Notes: a model not told the origin generated them from the letters alone. DNA of 63,913 nucleotides, filler included, from 6 parts of 6 records of this genome joined end to end with filler, not necessarily neighbours in it, one strand, 5' to 3'; shown: positions 10,253 through 20,627, numbered from the whole stretch's first letter. Program-made: numbers and translations.

Positions 10253-11188
10253 TCAGCTTTTGCTGCTAACCTTTGCCTGAAGGGGCTTTGCCAGAGGGTG
10301 ATGTTCAGCCACCAGTGCTTTCAGCCGTTCGGTGAGGACGTGGGTGTAAATTTGCGTGGTCGAGATATCAACATGTCCCAGCATCTGCTGCACGCTGCGC
10401 AGGTCCGCGCCATGGTCGAGCAGATGGGTTGCGAAAGCGTGCCGCAGGACGTGAGGCGAGACAGCCGCCGGGCGCAGGCCGCACGCAATGGCAAGCTCTT
10501 TCAGAAGCTGCCCCATGCGGCGGCGGGTCAGGTGCCCTTCACTGCCCCGTGACGGGAAGAGATACGTGGAGGTCGTCCCCTCGGGCAGATAGCTGCTTCG
10601 CACATCCTTGTAGGCGACGATGGCATCCCGGGCGGCATCGGTAAGGGGCACCATGCGCTCCTTGCCGCCTTTGCCGCGCACGATCAGGACCCGGGGGTCA
10701 CGCGCAACCGCGGCAAGCGGCAAGGCGACCAGTTCGGAGACCCGGAGGCCGCTGGCATAGAGAATTTCAAGCAGGCAGGTCAGGCGCAAACCGTCGGCGC
10801 CGTCCCTGCTACGCGCGGCGGCGAGCAACAGGTCAACTTCCGTCTCGCTCAGGATCTTCGGCAGGGGCCGCCCCTGGCGCGGGCTGTCGATGGCTGTCGA
10901 TGGATCGTCGACCCGATCCCCCTCGCCATAGAGGAAGCGATAGAATTGCCGGATCGCGGAAAGCCGCCGGGCGGCTGTGCGCGGTGCCATGCCGGCTTTA
11001 TCCAGCAACTCGAGATAGGCTCTTATGTCATCGCTTGAGGCACTGCCGAGCGATTGTTTGCGCTTCGCCAGACTGCCGGCGAAGTCCCGCAGATCCCTCT
11101 TGTAGGCGTCGATTGTGTTGCCGGAGGCGCCGCGCTCGGCAATCAGCATTTCAAGAAAGCGTTCGATGGAGCCGCTGTCCGGGGCCAC
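10253..11188 (-). CDS. xerD: Tyrosine recombinase XerD
   Basis: LYASGLRVSEL, GKGGKER, SPHVLRHAFATHLL, LGHVDISTTQIY; adjacent to accA as in Alphaproteobacteria. Confidence 0.93.
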   Translation of the reverse strand: MAPDSGSIERFLEMLIAERGASGNTIDAYKRDLRDFAGSLAKRKQSLGSASSDDIRAYLELLDKAGMAPRTAARRLSAIRQFYRFLYGEGDRVDDPSTAIDSPRQGRPLPKILSETEVDLLLAAARSRDGADGLRLTCLLEILYASGLRVSELVALPLAAVARDPRVLIVRGKGGKERMVPLTDAARDAIVAYKDVRSSYLPEGTTSTYLFPSRGSEGHLTRRRMGQLLKELAIACGLRPAAVSPHVLRHAFATHLLDHGADLRSVQQMLGHVDISTTQIYTHVLTERLKALVAEHHPLAKPLQAKVSSKS

Positions 11189-11192
11189 CGGC

Positions 11193-13145
11193 TTACTCGC
11201 CTGCCGTTGCCGGGACCGGTGCGCTGGTCGATGCCAGATAGATATCCAGTGCCAGCCGGTAGGCGTCTTTATGCAGCCCGAGTTCCGAGAGTGCCCGGAC
11301 GCTTTCTGTCAGCGTTCCGGTATCGTACTCCAGCAATTCTGCGCCGGAGAGCGAAAGCACGGTCAGCAGGGCACCTTCACCGAGACGGCCGTTCCTGGCG
11401 GCGTCACGGCGGGCCCACAGCAGGGCGGGCGGCGAGGATTTCGTCTCTTTCGGTGCGGCCTGGTCGATCAGACCGCGCCAGACCGTGCCGGGCGTTTCCG
11501 CGCCGGTTGCTTCCAGCAGTCCGAACAACAGGGTCGCGCGCGCCGGTGCGTTTTCGGGCGCCGCATTGCGGGCGCCGCGCCACCATTCCCGAAGGAAGTT
11601 TTTCTCCAGCGGAACCTCCTCGCCAGCGGACAGCCGGGACATGATGACAGCATCACGCCAGGCCGTTGCCTGTTCCGGGCCCAGACGGGCTTCGCGGGAT
11701 GCCATTTCCATCCAGGGCGCGGCGGCATCGCTCATACCGGCGGCAATGAAGGCGGATGCTGCGTCGGCGGCAAACCAGGCATAGGGAGATGTGGTCGGGA
11801 TCTCCTGGATCAGCGGGGCATAAAGCCGAGCCGTGGAGCCGTAACGGCCATCGCGGCGGCCGAGGTTAAGAGCCTGCTGGATGGCCTGGGCCTGGGCCAG
11901 TGGCACGGTCTGGCTGGCGATGGCCCGGTATAACAGGGCGCGGCCGTTCGCGCTCGGGTCGGCGGCTGCGGCGGTGAGTGCGTTTTGCATCTGCGACGGG
12001 TCGATATCGACCAGCTCATACAGCGCAATCAGCTCGCTCCGGTCCACCAGGCCAAGCTGTTCGCCGCGTTCGGCAAGGCGCAGCCGGTCTTCGAAACGCA
12101 AGGCTTTGAAGGAGGTCAGAACGGGGATCAGGGATGCCGGAACCGCATCGGGGTCGGGCATGGAGGGAGCAAGATCGGCAACCCGCATCATGGCAATATC
12201 GAGTGGCCTCAATTGTGCGGCCTCGGGCATTGGCGGCAGGTCGGAAGCGGTGCCGCTGACGGCACGCATCAGCTCGATATAGCGCGTATCTTGATCGCCA
12301 AGTTCCAGCAGAAGACGAAGGTTGAACTCGACGCTTTCCCATTCGTCGGCAAGGGCCTGACAAAAGGTCCCGGCCTTCTGCCAATAACGGTCTTCCGGCA
12401 GGGACAGCATGGCCTCGCGGGCAATGGTGCAGCTCGTTCCTGTGTCTCCGGTCAGGAACCCGGCATCCGTTTTCAGGCGGGCGCGCAAGGTTGGAGGCAA
12501 TACTGTCTCGTCATCGCGGGACGGGGCAATGTCGAGAAGCCGGATATAATCCGGCCAGGCTCCCAGGCGTTCGAGAGCGTCGATGCGGGCTTTGACGATG
12601 CTCGTCCGGTCGGCCGGGTCGGTCGATTGCGGAACGGCGGCCGGGCTCAGCAGAACGCGCAACAGCAGGTCGCGCAGGGAGGCCGTCGCCGGTGCTTCGC
12701 CGACCAGGGCCAGCATGCGCTGGATGGCGCTGCGGGGCGTGTCGTCCCACATGGTGGCGGGCAGTGCCGATTCGTCCTGGCCAATGGTGCCGACACTCTC
12801 GCCGGAGACCCTGTCCAGGGAATTGATGGAAATGCCGTCCTTGGTGTTTACCGTGCCGCTATTCGTGCCGCCGCTGGTCGCCCCACCGCTATTCGTCCCA
12901 CTGCCAGCCGCTGGAGAGAGAAGGGGGATGGTTTCATCTGTGCCGGCGCCGCTATCGGTGCTGCTGCCTGTGCCGGATGCCTGCGGGAGCAGCGGTTTCG
13001 GTGCGCCGAGGGATGGCAGTAACGGCTTGGGTGCGCCCTGGGCCAGTGTGTCCCCGGCCGAGAAAGGCAGGGACAGAGCCAGCATCAGAACGCAGAAACC
13101 GGCGCGCCGTTGCCAGATTCGGCCGTTAGCGGGGGAATTGATCAT
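11193..13145 (-). CDS. Exported alpha-helical hypothetical protein (650 aa)
   Basis: Signal-like N-terminus, G/S/T-rich linker, Ala/Leu-rich body; ends 4 nt before xerD. Confidence 0.75.
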   Translation of the reverse strand: MINSPANGRIWQRRAGFCVLMLALSLPFSAGDTLAQGAPKPLLPSLGAPKPLLPQASGTGSSTDSGAGTDETIPLLSPAAGSGTNSGGATSGGTNSGTVNTKDGISINSLDRVSGESVGTIGQDESALPATMWDDTPRSAIQRMLALVGEAPATASLRDLLLRVLLSPAAVPQSTDPADRTSIVKARIDALERLGAWPDYIRLLDIAPSRDDETVLPPTLRARLKTDAGFLTGDTGTSCTIAREAMLSLPEDRYWQKAGTFCQALADEWESVEFNLRLLLELGDQDTRYIELMRAVSGTASDLPPMPEAAQLRPLDIAMMRVADLAPSMPDPDAVPASLIPVLTSFKALRFEDRLRLAERGEQLGLVDRSELIALYELVDIDPSQMQNALTAAAADPSANGRALLYRAIASQTVPLAQAQAIQQALNLGRRDGRYGSTARLYAPLIQEIPTTSPYAWFAADAASAFIAAGMSDAAAPWMEMASREARLGPEQATAWRDAVIMSRLSAGEEVPLEKNFLREWWRGARNAAPENAPARATLLFGLLEATGAETPGTVWRGLIDQAAPKETKSSPPALLWARRDAARNGRLGEGALLTVLSLSGAELLEYDTGTLTESVRALSELGLHKDAYRLALDIYLASTSAPVPATAGE

Positions 13146-13263
13146 TGGGGAGGACCTGTTCTATCTGGCTGGTCGGTGCCGGGATGTCCCATGTGGACAG
13201 GAATGCAAAGCCGCCGCCAAAGAACAGTGCTATGACGATAACGACCCAGAGCGTCAATTTCAT
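13126..13263 (-). CDS. Small single-pass membrane protein (45 aa; absent from the ORF track)
   Basis: Manual translation MKLTLWVVIVIALFFGGGFAFLSTWDIPAPTSQIEQVLPNDQFPR; overlaps the start of the next gene. Confidence 0.75.
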   Translation of the reverse strand: MKLTLWVVIVIALFFGGGFAFLSTWDIPAPTSQIEQVLPNDQFPR

Positions 13264-13499
13264 GCTGCGGACCCATGAATTACGGTTTCACGCGACACTG
13301 GTCCGGTCGACCCGCACGCAACGTCCCCAAGGCGTTTGCAACGCCATATTGGGAAAGTTATGCTAGCGACTGAATATGACGCGTTTGCGGCAGCATACCG
13401 GCCGCATCCAGTGAGTTCAACGAGGGAGAGGAAAGGAGAGGTGCCGGATTTGACTGGAAACGCTATTCGCGTCTTGTCCGGAGCCAGAACCTGTTTCCC

Positions 13500-14081
13500 A
13501 TGGTGAATCACTCTGATCCGGCGCACGCGCCGCAACCCCACCCGAAAAGTATCGTTCTCGTTGGCCTCATGGGGGCCGGCAAGAGCAGCGTCGGGCGCCG
13601 TCTGGCGCAACGGCTGGATATGCATTTCATCGATGCGGACCGGGAAATCGAGGATGCGGCCGGCTGCACGATCAGCGAATTTTTCGAGCGTTTCGGCGAG
13701 GAGGAGTTCCGCCGGGGCGAGCAGCGGGTGATCCAGCGCATCCTGAGCGGTCCGCCCGTCGTGCTGGCAACCGGCGGCGGCGCCTTCATGGCGGAAGAGA
13801 CCCGCGCGGCGATTGCCGGGAATGCCGTGTCGCTGTGGCTGAAGGCTGATATCGACGTGCTGTTCGAGCGCGTCAGCCGGCGCCAGGGCCGTCCTCTGCT
13901 GGCCCAGAAAGATCCGAAAGCGGTGCTCGAAAAACTGATGCATGAGCGGTATCCCGTCTATGAGATGGCCGATCTCTGGATCGAATCGCGCCGGGGACCG
14001 CTCGAGGCAACGGTCGATCAGGCTTACGACGTCCTCATGAATTACTTCGGGGATGCGCGCAAAGCCGTGCCGGCTGAATAA
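13500..14081 (+). CDS. aroK: Shikimate kinase
   Basis: LVGLMGAGKSSVG, DADREIE, ATGGGA, RPLL. Confidence 0.96.
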   Translation: MVNHSDPAHAPQPHPKSIVLVGLMGAGKSSVGRRLAQRLDMHFIDADREIEDAAGCTISEFFERFGEEEFRRGEQRVIQRILSGPPVVLATGGGAFMAEETRAAIAGNAVSLWLKADIDVLFERVSRRQGRPLLAQKDPKAVLEKLMHERYPVYEMADLWIESRRGPLEATVDQAYDVLMNYFGDARKAVPAE

Positions 14082-14121
14082 GCCGCCTGACGGAGCCTAA
14101 TATCTTGAAACAGGAAAGAGT

Positions 14122-15252
14122 ATGACGACGATCCAGACGGTTTCCGTGGGCCTTGGTGAGCGCAGCTACGATATCCGCGTCGGTCCCGGACTGATCGAGA
14201 ATGCGGGCGGTGAGATCAAGCCTTTGATCCGGGGAAACAAGGTCTTTGTTGTCACCGATTCAACGGTTTCCGGCTACTGGCTCGATCCGCTGACGGAATC
14301 GCTGGATGCGGCGGGGATAGAGGTGACCACCATCGCCGTTCCGCCGGGGGAATCCTCCAAGAGTTACGCCGATTTCGAATATGTCTGTGGCCGCATGCTG
14401 GAAGATGGCGTCGACCGCCGGACGGCTGTGGTTGCGCTCGGGGGCGGTGTGGTCGGTGACCTTGCCGGATATTGCGCGGCATCCGTCATGCGTGGCCTCG
14501 ATTTCATCCAGATCCCGACGACGCTGCTGGCCCAGGTCGACAGCTCGGTTGGCGGCAAGACCGGTATCAACACGCCGCAGGGCAAGAATCTGGTCGGCGC
14601 GTTCCATCAGCCGAAGCTGGTGCTGGCCGATACCGGGACCCTGGCTTCCCTGCCGAAGCGGGAAATGCTCGCCGGCTATGCGGAGGTCGTCAAATACGGC
14701 CTGATCCGGGACCCCGCCTTTTTCGAATGGCTGGAACAGCATGGTGCGGATCTGATCGCGGGCGACGAGGCTGCGCGGATTTCCGCCGTTGTCGAAAGCT
14801 GCAAGGCAAAGGCCACCGTGGTGGCCGCGGACGAGCGGGAAGCGGGGCTGCGCGAATTGCTGAATTTCGGCCACACCTTCGGACATGCGCTTGAGGCGGC
14901 GGCCGGGTTCGACGGCACGCTGCTGCATGGCGAGGCTGTCTCGGTGGGCATGGTTCAGGCGCTGGAGCTTTCGCGCCGTCTCGGGCTTTGCCCGGGCCAG
15001 GACGCGGAGCGGGCACGGGCGCATCTCATGGCGATGGGGCTCAAGGCGCGGGTGGCGGATATCTCCGGTGCGGCGGGCTGGAGTGCGGACGCGCTGCTGA
15101 CTTCCATGCGGCGCGACAAGAAAGCGCGCGACGGGAATATCCGGTTCGTGCTGGCGCGGGGGATCGGTGAGGCATTTACCATTGATGATGTTGCGCCGGA
15201 TGCCGTGCGCACCATGCTTGAGGAAGATCTTTTGATCGCGGCGGACGTCTGA
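14122..15252 (+). CDS. aroB: 3-dehydroquinate synthase
   Basis: LGGGVVGD, PTTLLAQVDSSVGGKTG, LNFGHTFGHA, HGEAV. Confidence 0.97.
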   Translation: MTTIQTVSVGLGERSYDIRVGPGLIENAGGEIKPLIRGNKVFVVTDSTVSGYWLDPLTESLDAAGIEVTTIAVPPGESSKSYADFEYVCGRMLEDGVDRRTAVVALGGGVVGDLAGYCAASVMRGLDFIQIPTTLLAQVDSSVGGKTGINTPQGKNLVGAFHQPKLVLADTGTLASLPKREMLAGYAEVVKYGLIRDPAFFEWLEQHGADLIAGDEAARISAVVESCKAKATVVAADEREAGLRELLNFGHTFGHALEAAAGFDGTLLHGEAVSVGMVQALELSRRLGLCPGQDAERARAHLMAMGLKARVADISGAAGWSADALLTSMRRDKKARDGNIRFVLARGIGEAFTIDDVAPDAVRTMLEEDLLIAADV

Positions 15253-16610
15253 TGGACGAGGAGTTAGTGGATTTAATGGACGTCGAACTATGGCTGACGA
15301 TCGGGGGCATTCTGCTGCTGATCGTGTTCTCGGCTTTTTTCTCCGGGTCGGAAACTGCCCTGACCGGATCTTCTCATGCCCGAATGCATCAGCTGGATCG
15401 CAAGGGCGACCAGCGTGCTTCCCGTGTTCTCGGTTTGCGTGAGCATAGCGAAACCATGATCGGGACGATCCTGATCGGAAACAATATCACGAACATTCTG
15501 GGCTCGGTCCTGGCGACGACGGTCTTTCTGGAGTTTTTCGGAGAGCGTGGTGTGGCCTATGCGACGCTGGTCATGACCGTCGTGGTCGTGATTTTCGCCG
15601 AAGTTCTGCCAAAGACCTATGCGCTGAACAATTCCGACCGTGTGGCGCTCGCCGTCGCGCCGCTGATCAGCGCCATCGTTTTCATACTCGGTCCGATTGC
15701 CCGGACTGTGCGGGGGATTGTCCGGCTCATCCTGTCGATGTTCGGTATCCGGATTTCGGAAGAGCTGGGACATTCGGAGCAGGAAGAGGAATTGCGCGGC
15801 CTGATCGAGCTGCATGGCCACAAGGTCGAGGTGGACGAGGAGGAGGTCCGCGAGGAGCGGGCCATGTTGCGCTCGATCCTCGATCTCAGCGAAGTCTGGG
15901 TCGAGGAGATCATGACTCACCGGCGCCGGGTCGAAATGCTGGATGCGGACGATACTGTCGAGGACATCATCTCGCAGATCATGAAAAGCCCGTACACGCG
16001 GCTCCCGCTGTTCAAGGGGGACCATGAGGAGATCATCGGCGTCATCCATGCAAAGGCGGTTCTGCGGGCCGTTAAGGGGCTGGATGGGGAGGAGCTGGAG
16101 AAGCTCGATATGTGCGAGATCGCGTCGGACCCCTGGTTCATTCCGACATCCACGACGCTGCTCGATCAGTTGCAGGCCTTCCGCGCCAGACGTGAGCATT
16201 TTGCGCTCGTGGTCGATGAATACGGCGCCTTCCAGGGCATCGTTACCCTGGAAGACATCATCGAGGAGATCGTCGGCGAGATCAGCGACGAGCATGATGT
16301 CGCGGTCGCCGGTGTCCGGCCCCAGGCGGACGGATCCTACGTCATTGACGGCACGGTAACGCTCCGGGACCTCAATCGGGAGTTCGACTGGAACCTGCCC
16401 GATGGCGAGGCATCGACCATTGCCGGGCTGATCCTGCATGAGGCCAGAACCATCCCGAATGTGGCGCAGGAGTTCGTTTTCCACGGTTTCCGGTTTAAGA
16501 TTCTTCGTCGCCACCGCAATCAGATCACCTTGTTGCGGGTCTCCCGGGAAACGCCGGCGGAAGGCGAAAATGAAACTCTTGAAACGACCCGGCTCCCAGA
16601 TGCCTCGTGA
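15252..16610 (+). CDS. CNNM/HlyC-CorC family transporter (DUF21-CBS-CorC)
   Basis: SAFFSGSETAL, AEVLPK, VVDEYG..TLEDIIEEIVGEI. Confidence 0.92.
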   Translation: MDEELVDLMDVELWLTIGGILLLIVFSAFFSGSETALTGSSHARMHQLDRKGDQRASRVLGLREHSETMIGTILIGNNITNILGSVLATTVFLEFFGERGVAYATLVMTVVVVIFAEVLPKTYALNNSDRVALAVAPLISAIVFILGPIARTVRGIVRLILSMFGIRISEELGHSEQEEELRGLIELHGHKVEVDEEEVREERAMLRSILDLSEVWVEEIMTHRRRVEMLDADDTVEDIISQIMKSPYTRLPLFKGDHEEIIGVIHAKAVLRAVKGLDGEELEKLDMCEIASDPWFIPTSTTLLDQLQAFRARREHFALVVDEYGAFQGIVTLEDIIEEIVGEISDEHDVAVAGVRPQADGSYVIDGTVTLRDLNREFDWNLPDGEASTIAGLILHEARTIPNVAQEFVFHGFRFKILRRHRNQITLLRVSRETPAEGENETLETTRLPDAS

Positions 16611-16658
16611 TTTGGTATAATCTTTCCAGATAAATAAAAACCTATCAGGGAGAATGCC

Positions 16659-17108
16659 ATGGCCAGACACATCGTGCCGGATGTGGTGAGTAAACAGGAC
16701 CTCTCGTCGCTATCCCCCAAAGATACGGTTCTCGCGGCCGCCAAGCTGATGACAAGCCGCAAGATCGGAGCACTTCTCATCCTTGAGGGAGAGGAGCTGG
16801 TCGGAATTCTTTCGGAGCGGGATATCGCGGGCCGTCTGGTGGCTGAGGAAAAGTCTCCGGGGGCGACCCTGATCGGGGAGATCATGACACCCAAACCCGA
16901 AACGGTCGGTCCCAAGGCCTCCGTGATGGAGGCGCTTCAGCGCATGCAGGAAGGCGGCTTCCGCCATTTGCCTGTCGAGGAAGCCGGCAAAATCATCGGC
17001 ATGGTCTCGATCCGGGATATCTACGCCGCTGTCCGGGAAGATCTGGAAGAGGCGGTTCTGGAGCGCGAGGCCTTCATTTCAGGATCGGGAATGGCCGGGC
17101 TGCCCTGA
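16659..17108 (+). CDS. CBS-pair protein
   Basis: LVGILSERD, IMTPKP, FRHLPV, GMVSIRD. Confidence 0.9.
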   Translation: MARHIVPDVVSKQDLSSLSPKDTVLAAAKLMTSRKIGALLILEGEELVGILSERDIAGRLVAEEKSPGATLIGEIMTPKPETVGPKASVMEALQRMQEGGFRHLPVEEAGKIIGMVSIRDIYAAVREDLEEAVLEREAFISGSGMAGLP

Positions 17109-17231
17109 CCCGAAGTCCCGATTTCCCTGGCATGGGGGCGGGCATCTCTGATCCGGGATGGCGTCGGGAATTGACTTCGGCACGATCCGGAATGATTTTT
17201 GCCGCAAAGCAATATCATTCCGGAGAGATCA

Positions 17232-17798
17232 ATGCCCCTGCCCAGCCCGGCGCCGCGCCGCAAAGTCCATACGCGCCGCGTCACCTGCGAGGGCTTTCGC
17301 CGTGAGGACGGTCATCTCGATATCGAGGGCCATATCACGGACGTGAAGACCTACGAGGTGCCGAACAGTTTCAGGGACGGCATTCCGGCCGGAGAGCCTA
17401 TTCACGACATGTGGATCCGGCTGACCGTTGACGACGATCTTAACATTCTCGAGGTCGAGACGGTCACTGATGCGGGGCCATTTGAGATTTGCCCCAATAT
17501 CACGGTCAATTTCCAGCGCCTCAAAGGGATCAGAATCGGTCCGGGCTGGCGCAGGAAAGTGTTGTCCGCGCTCGGTGGTGCCGAAGGCTGCACGCATCTG
17601 GTCGAGCTGCTGTGGCCGATGGCAACCACGGCGTATCAGACTCTTTACGGTGAAAATGCCCGGAAGAGGCGGGAGAGCGGAGAGGAAGAACCGAAAAGGA
17701 ATGGCCCGCCGCCGTTGCTGAACTCCTGCCATGCTTTTGGCGAGAGCAGTCCTGTGGTCAAGGATATGTGGCCCGAATTCTACAGGGATCCGGCGTAA
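17232..17798 (+). CDS. DUF2889-family protein
   Basis: HTRRVTCEGFRREDG, PIHDM, GCTHLVEL, LNSCH; GGAG RBS before ATG 17232. Confidence 0.8.
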   Translation: MPLPSPAPRRKVHTRRVTCEGFRREDGHLDIEGHITDVKTYEVPNSFRDGIPAGEPIHDMWIRLTVDDDLNILEVETVTDAGPFEICPNITVNFQRLKGIRIGPGWRRKVLSALGGAEGCTHLVELLWPMATTAYQTLYGENARKRRESGEEEPKRNGPPPLLNSCHAFGESSPVVKDMWPEFYRDPA

Positions 17799-18139
17799 CG
17801 GCTGCTCTGGGCTGTGTTGCGGAACTCGTCCGTCTGGCGGAAGACCTTGTTCATGACCGAACGTTGCGACCCCAGCGGGATATCGTGTTCCAGGTTTTCG
17901 GCAAGGATCCGGAAATAGCCGAGAATAAAGACCCGGGTGGCGGAGGTGAGGGATGTATTCACCCGATGCCGGTTCACGATGCTGCAGATATTGTGCACGG
18001 TAAGTTTTTCCCGTGCGGCGATCTGCGAGAGCGCATCCCACATGGCCGGCTCCAGCCGCATGCTGGTGCGATGACCATCGATCAATACGTTTTTACTTAT
18101 GAGAGTTGACACCGTGCTATCCGCAAACGTTCTGTCCAT
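17780..18139 (-). CDS. Ribbon-helix-helix domain protein
   Basis: IDGHRTSMRLEPAMWDAL..SLTSATRVF matches the RHH_4-type pattern. Confidence 0.85.
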   Translation of the reverse strand: MDRTFADSTVSTLISKNVLIDGHRTSMRLEPAMWDALSQIAAREKLTVHNICSIVNRHRVNTSLTSATRVFILGYFRILAENLEHDIPLGSQRSVMNKVFRQTDEFRNTAQSSRYAGSL

Positions 18140-18253
18140 GCCGGATTCTGGCAGCTGAAACTTGGTGTATCAGCGTATGCAAATTGGGCGCAACTAAAAA
18201 ACGATCAACTATCGATAAATCATCCGTTGATTGCATTGCGCTGACCGAAGAGC

Positions 18254-18520
18254 TTATTCCGAAGGCGCCTTTGCCCGGATCGACAAGGCGTGTACGCGGT
18301 CCGCCAGCTCGGCGGCGAGCACGTCATGCACCATGCGTTGCCGGTCGACGCGCGACTTCCCGGTGAAGACGCCGGACGTGATCTCGACGTTGAAATGGGT
18401 CTCCCCGCCTTCCCGCCAGCCGCCGTGACCCTGGTGTTTCTGCGAGTCATCGATGACAGCCAGGTGCTCCGGAGTGAACGCGGATGTTAATTTGGCTTTG
18501 ATCGTCTCTGTCACGGACAT
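18254..18520 (-). CDS. bolA: BolA family protein
   Basis: DDSQKHQGH, ETHF, FTGKSRVDRQRMV, VHALSI; true start ATG 18520 inside the longer ORF. Confidence 0.93.
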   Translation of the reverse strand: MSVTETIKAKLTSAFTPEHLAVIDDSQKHQGHGGWREGGETHFNVEITSGVFTGKSRVDRQRMVHDVLAAELADRVHALSIRAKAPSE

Positions 18521-18637
18521 TAACTTATTCTCCGTTAAAGCCCCGCCTGGAGGGGCGATTCGGTTTATATGGCGGGCGAGAACCCTATATTCGACGTTCG
18601 GCACGGGCTGGACCAGCGACAATTTGGAACTCACGGT

Positions 18638-19216
18638 ATGCGGAAGGCGCAGAGCGAATCCCTGAAGATCGACACGTTCAGCAGCGAAGCGGGTTTCCGC
18701 CGCTGCGATGCGCCCGGCTGCGCATCCGTGGGCGAGCACCGGGCTCCGAAAGGGCGTGGCGATCTGTCCGACTATTACTGGTTCTGCCTCGACCATGTCC
18801 GGCAATACAACAAGCAGTGGAACTATTACGAAGGCGCCTCCGCCGAGGAGCTTGAGCGGGAAATCCGGCGCTCGGTGACCTGGGACCGGCCGACCTGGCC
18901 GCTGGGGACTGCCGCCGCCTATCGCAAGTTTGTTGCCGGCGAATACAGAGACCCGTTCGGTGCGCTCAATGGTGACGAGGATATGGAGGCGGCATCGGGA
19001 AGCGCTCCACCCCGCCCCGGGAGCGAGACGGCAGAGGGAAAAGCATTCGCGATCATGGGGTTGGCTCCGCCGGTGACGGAGGTGGAGCTGAAAGCGCGCT
19101 ACAAGCAGCTTGTGAAAAAACATCACCCGGACGCGAATGGCGGGGACAAACAGGCCGAAGAACGGTTGAAAATCATCAACGAGGCCTATACGACTTTGAA
19201 AAAGTTTCTAACTTGA
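18638..19216 (+). CDS. J-domain (DnaJ-like) protein with N-terminal Cys motif
   Basis: CDAPGC..WFCLDHVRQYNKQWNY, HHPDANGGD; bolA-J-cobS synteny; start uncertain (18569 or 18638). Confidence 0.88.
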   Translation: MRKAQSESLKIDTFSSEAGFRRCDAPGCASVGEHRAPKGRGDLSDYYWFCLDHVRQYNKQWNYYEGASAEELEREIRRSVTWDRPTWPLGTAAAYRKFVAGEYRDPFGALNGDEDMEAASGSAPPRPGSETAEGKAFAIMGLAPPVTEVELKARYKQLVKKHHPDANGGDKQAEERLKIINEAYTTLKKFLT

Positions 19217-19284
19217 AGGCACGGGAGCCCTGCTACGGATGCTCTCATACCGGATAGTCACCCACATCATTTGGGAATAGGGTC

Positions 19285-19491
19285 ATGTCGTCAGCACATG
19301 TTTACGAGCGCAAGCCTGCGCACAATATCGAAGCGCCGGACATTGAGGTCTCGGTTCGCGAGACCTTTGGCATCGATGTCGATATGAAGGTGCCGGCCTT
19401 CAGCGAGGCGAGCGACTACGTTCCGACGCTGGACCCGACATACCTGTTCGACAAGCAGACCACGCTCGCCATTCTGGCCGGTTTCGCCCAC
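19285..19491 (+). CDS. cobS: Cobaltochelatase subunit CobS, 3'-truncated
   Basis: PDIEVSVRETFGID..VPTLDPTYLFDKQTTLAILAGF. Confidence 0.88.
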
Positions 19492-19591
19492 NNNNNNNNN
19501 NNNNNNNNNNNNNNNNNNNNNNNNNNNNNNNNNNNTTAATTAATTAANNNNNNNNNNNNNNNNNNNNNNNNNNNNNNNNNNNNNNNNNNNN
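19492..19591. other. Artificial contig linker
   Basis: N44-TTAATTAATTAA-N44. Confidence 0.99.
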
Positions 19592-19664
19592 ATTACGCCT
19601 TTCAGGCTAATTCGACCTACAAAACACTTTCCAGGTAGGTCGAATTAGGCGTAGCCGTAATCCG
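19592..19664. repeat. GTAG-type REP doublet (family A)
   Basis: CTAATTCGACCTAC (19607-19620) is inverted to GTAGGTCGAATTAG (19635-19648); lies at the contig end. Confidence 0.8.
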
Positions 19665-19697
19665 CACGAACCCGTCATCACGTTTGATAAACGAAAT

Positions 19698-20507
19698 CTA
19701 CGCCACCCGACGCCAGCGCTGAATCACAAAATGCCCGTTCATGGGCTTGCCCGCCAGGGTGCCAATGCCGGCCTTGGCATCCGGCCGTGCCCGCCAGTGG
19801 TGGGGGGTCATGGCCAGCAGGTTACGGAGTTCTTCTTCTGACTCCGGGACCCATTCGCAATGCAGGGTCTCGTTGGAGATCAGCTCGAAGCGATCATCCA
19901 GAAACTTGCCCGCATCGAAACCACTCTGGCGCACATCGTCGTACAGCGCTTCGCGCAACGGCAGCAGGTGCGTCTCCCCGGTACCGACAACAATCAATTC
20001 CCCACCGGGTTGTAGCACCCGGGCGATATCATCCACGAACAAGCGGGTGAACAGCACAAACACCGTTTGCTGGCTGGCATCAAATAAGGGCAAACGGGTG
20101 CCGCTGGCGACTAGCCAAGTGATGCGTTTGTTGCGCTTGGCGGCGGCATCCACTGCAAACTTGGAAATATCCACGCCAATACCATTCACGCCGCCCAGCC
20201 GCTGGGCAAACTGCTCGGTGTACCAGCCTTCGCCACAGCCGATATCCAGCCAGGCGGGTTCTTCATCCGGCAGGTTGGCGAGCAGGGCATCTGCCAATGG
20301 CTGATAACGGCCCAGTTCAAGAAAGGCCGTGCGCGCCTGCACCATGGCCTTGTCGTCCCCAGGTGACCGGGAGCGACGCTGCTGCGCCAGCAACAGATTG
20401 GTGTAACCGCGCTTGGCACGGTCGAACTGATGGCCGTTATCGCAGTGCCAGCTACTGCCGGCAAGGCGCAGGACCTGTTCGCAACTGGGGCATTTGAGTG
20501 TGGGCAT
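19698..20507 (-). CDS. rlmA: 23S rRNA m1G745 methyltransferase (RlmA-like)
   Basis: CPSC..CDNGHQFD..GYTNLL zinc finger, PGDDKAM, LDIGCGEGWY, LLAMTP. Confidence 0.9.
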   Translation of the reverse strand: MPTLKCPSCEQVLRLAGSSWHCDNGHQFDRAKRGYTNLLLAQQRRSRSPGDDKAMVQARTAFLELGRYQPLADALLANLPDEEPAWLDIGCGEGWYTEQFAQRLGGVNGIGVDISKFAVDAAAKRNKRITWLVASGTRLPLFDASQQTVFVLFTRLFVDDIARVLQPGGELIVVGTGETHLLPLREALYDDVRQSGFDAGKFLDDRFELISNETLHCEWVPESEEELRNLLAMTPHHWRARPDAKAGIGTLAGKPMNGHFVIQRWRRVA

Positions 20508-20627
20508 GGCATACCGTGTTCCGGGGCGTAATGCCGGCAGTGAACCACAGGATGCTGGGAAAAGGTAGGGTGAAAATGGCAAGAAGAGAGTGGGTAGTAG
20601 GGGCAGACAGGCTGCCCCTGTGTATTT

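Noticed and set aside
10253..11188. Tyrosine recombinase as a prophage or island integrase
   Set aside because: XerD-type sequence in core accA/aroKB context, with no att sites, tRNA or cargo
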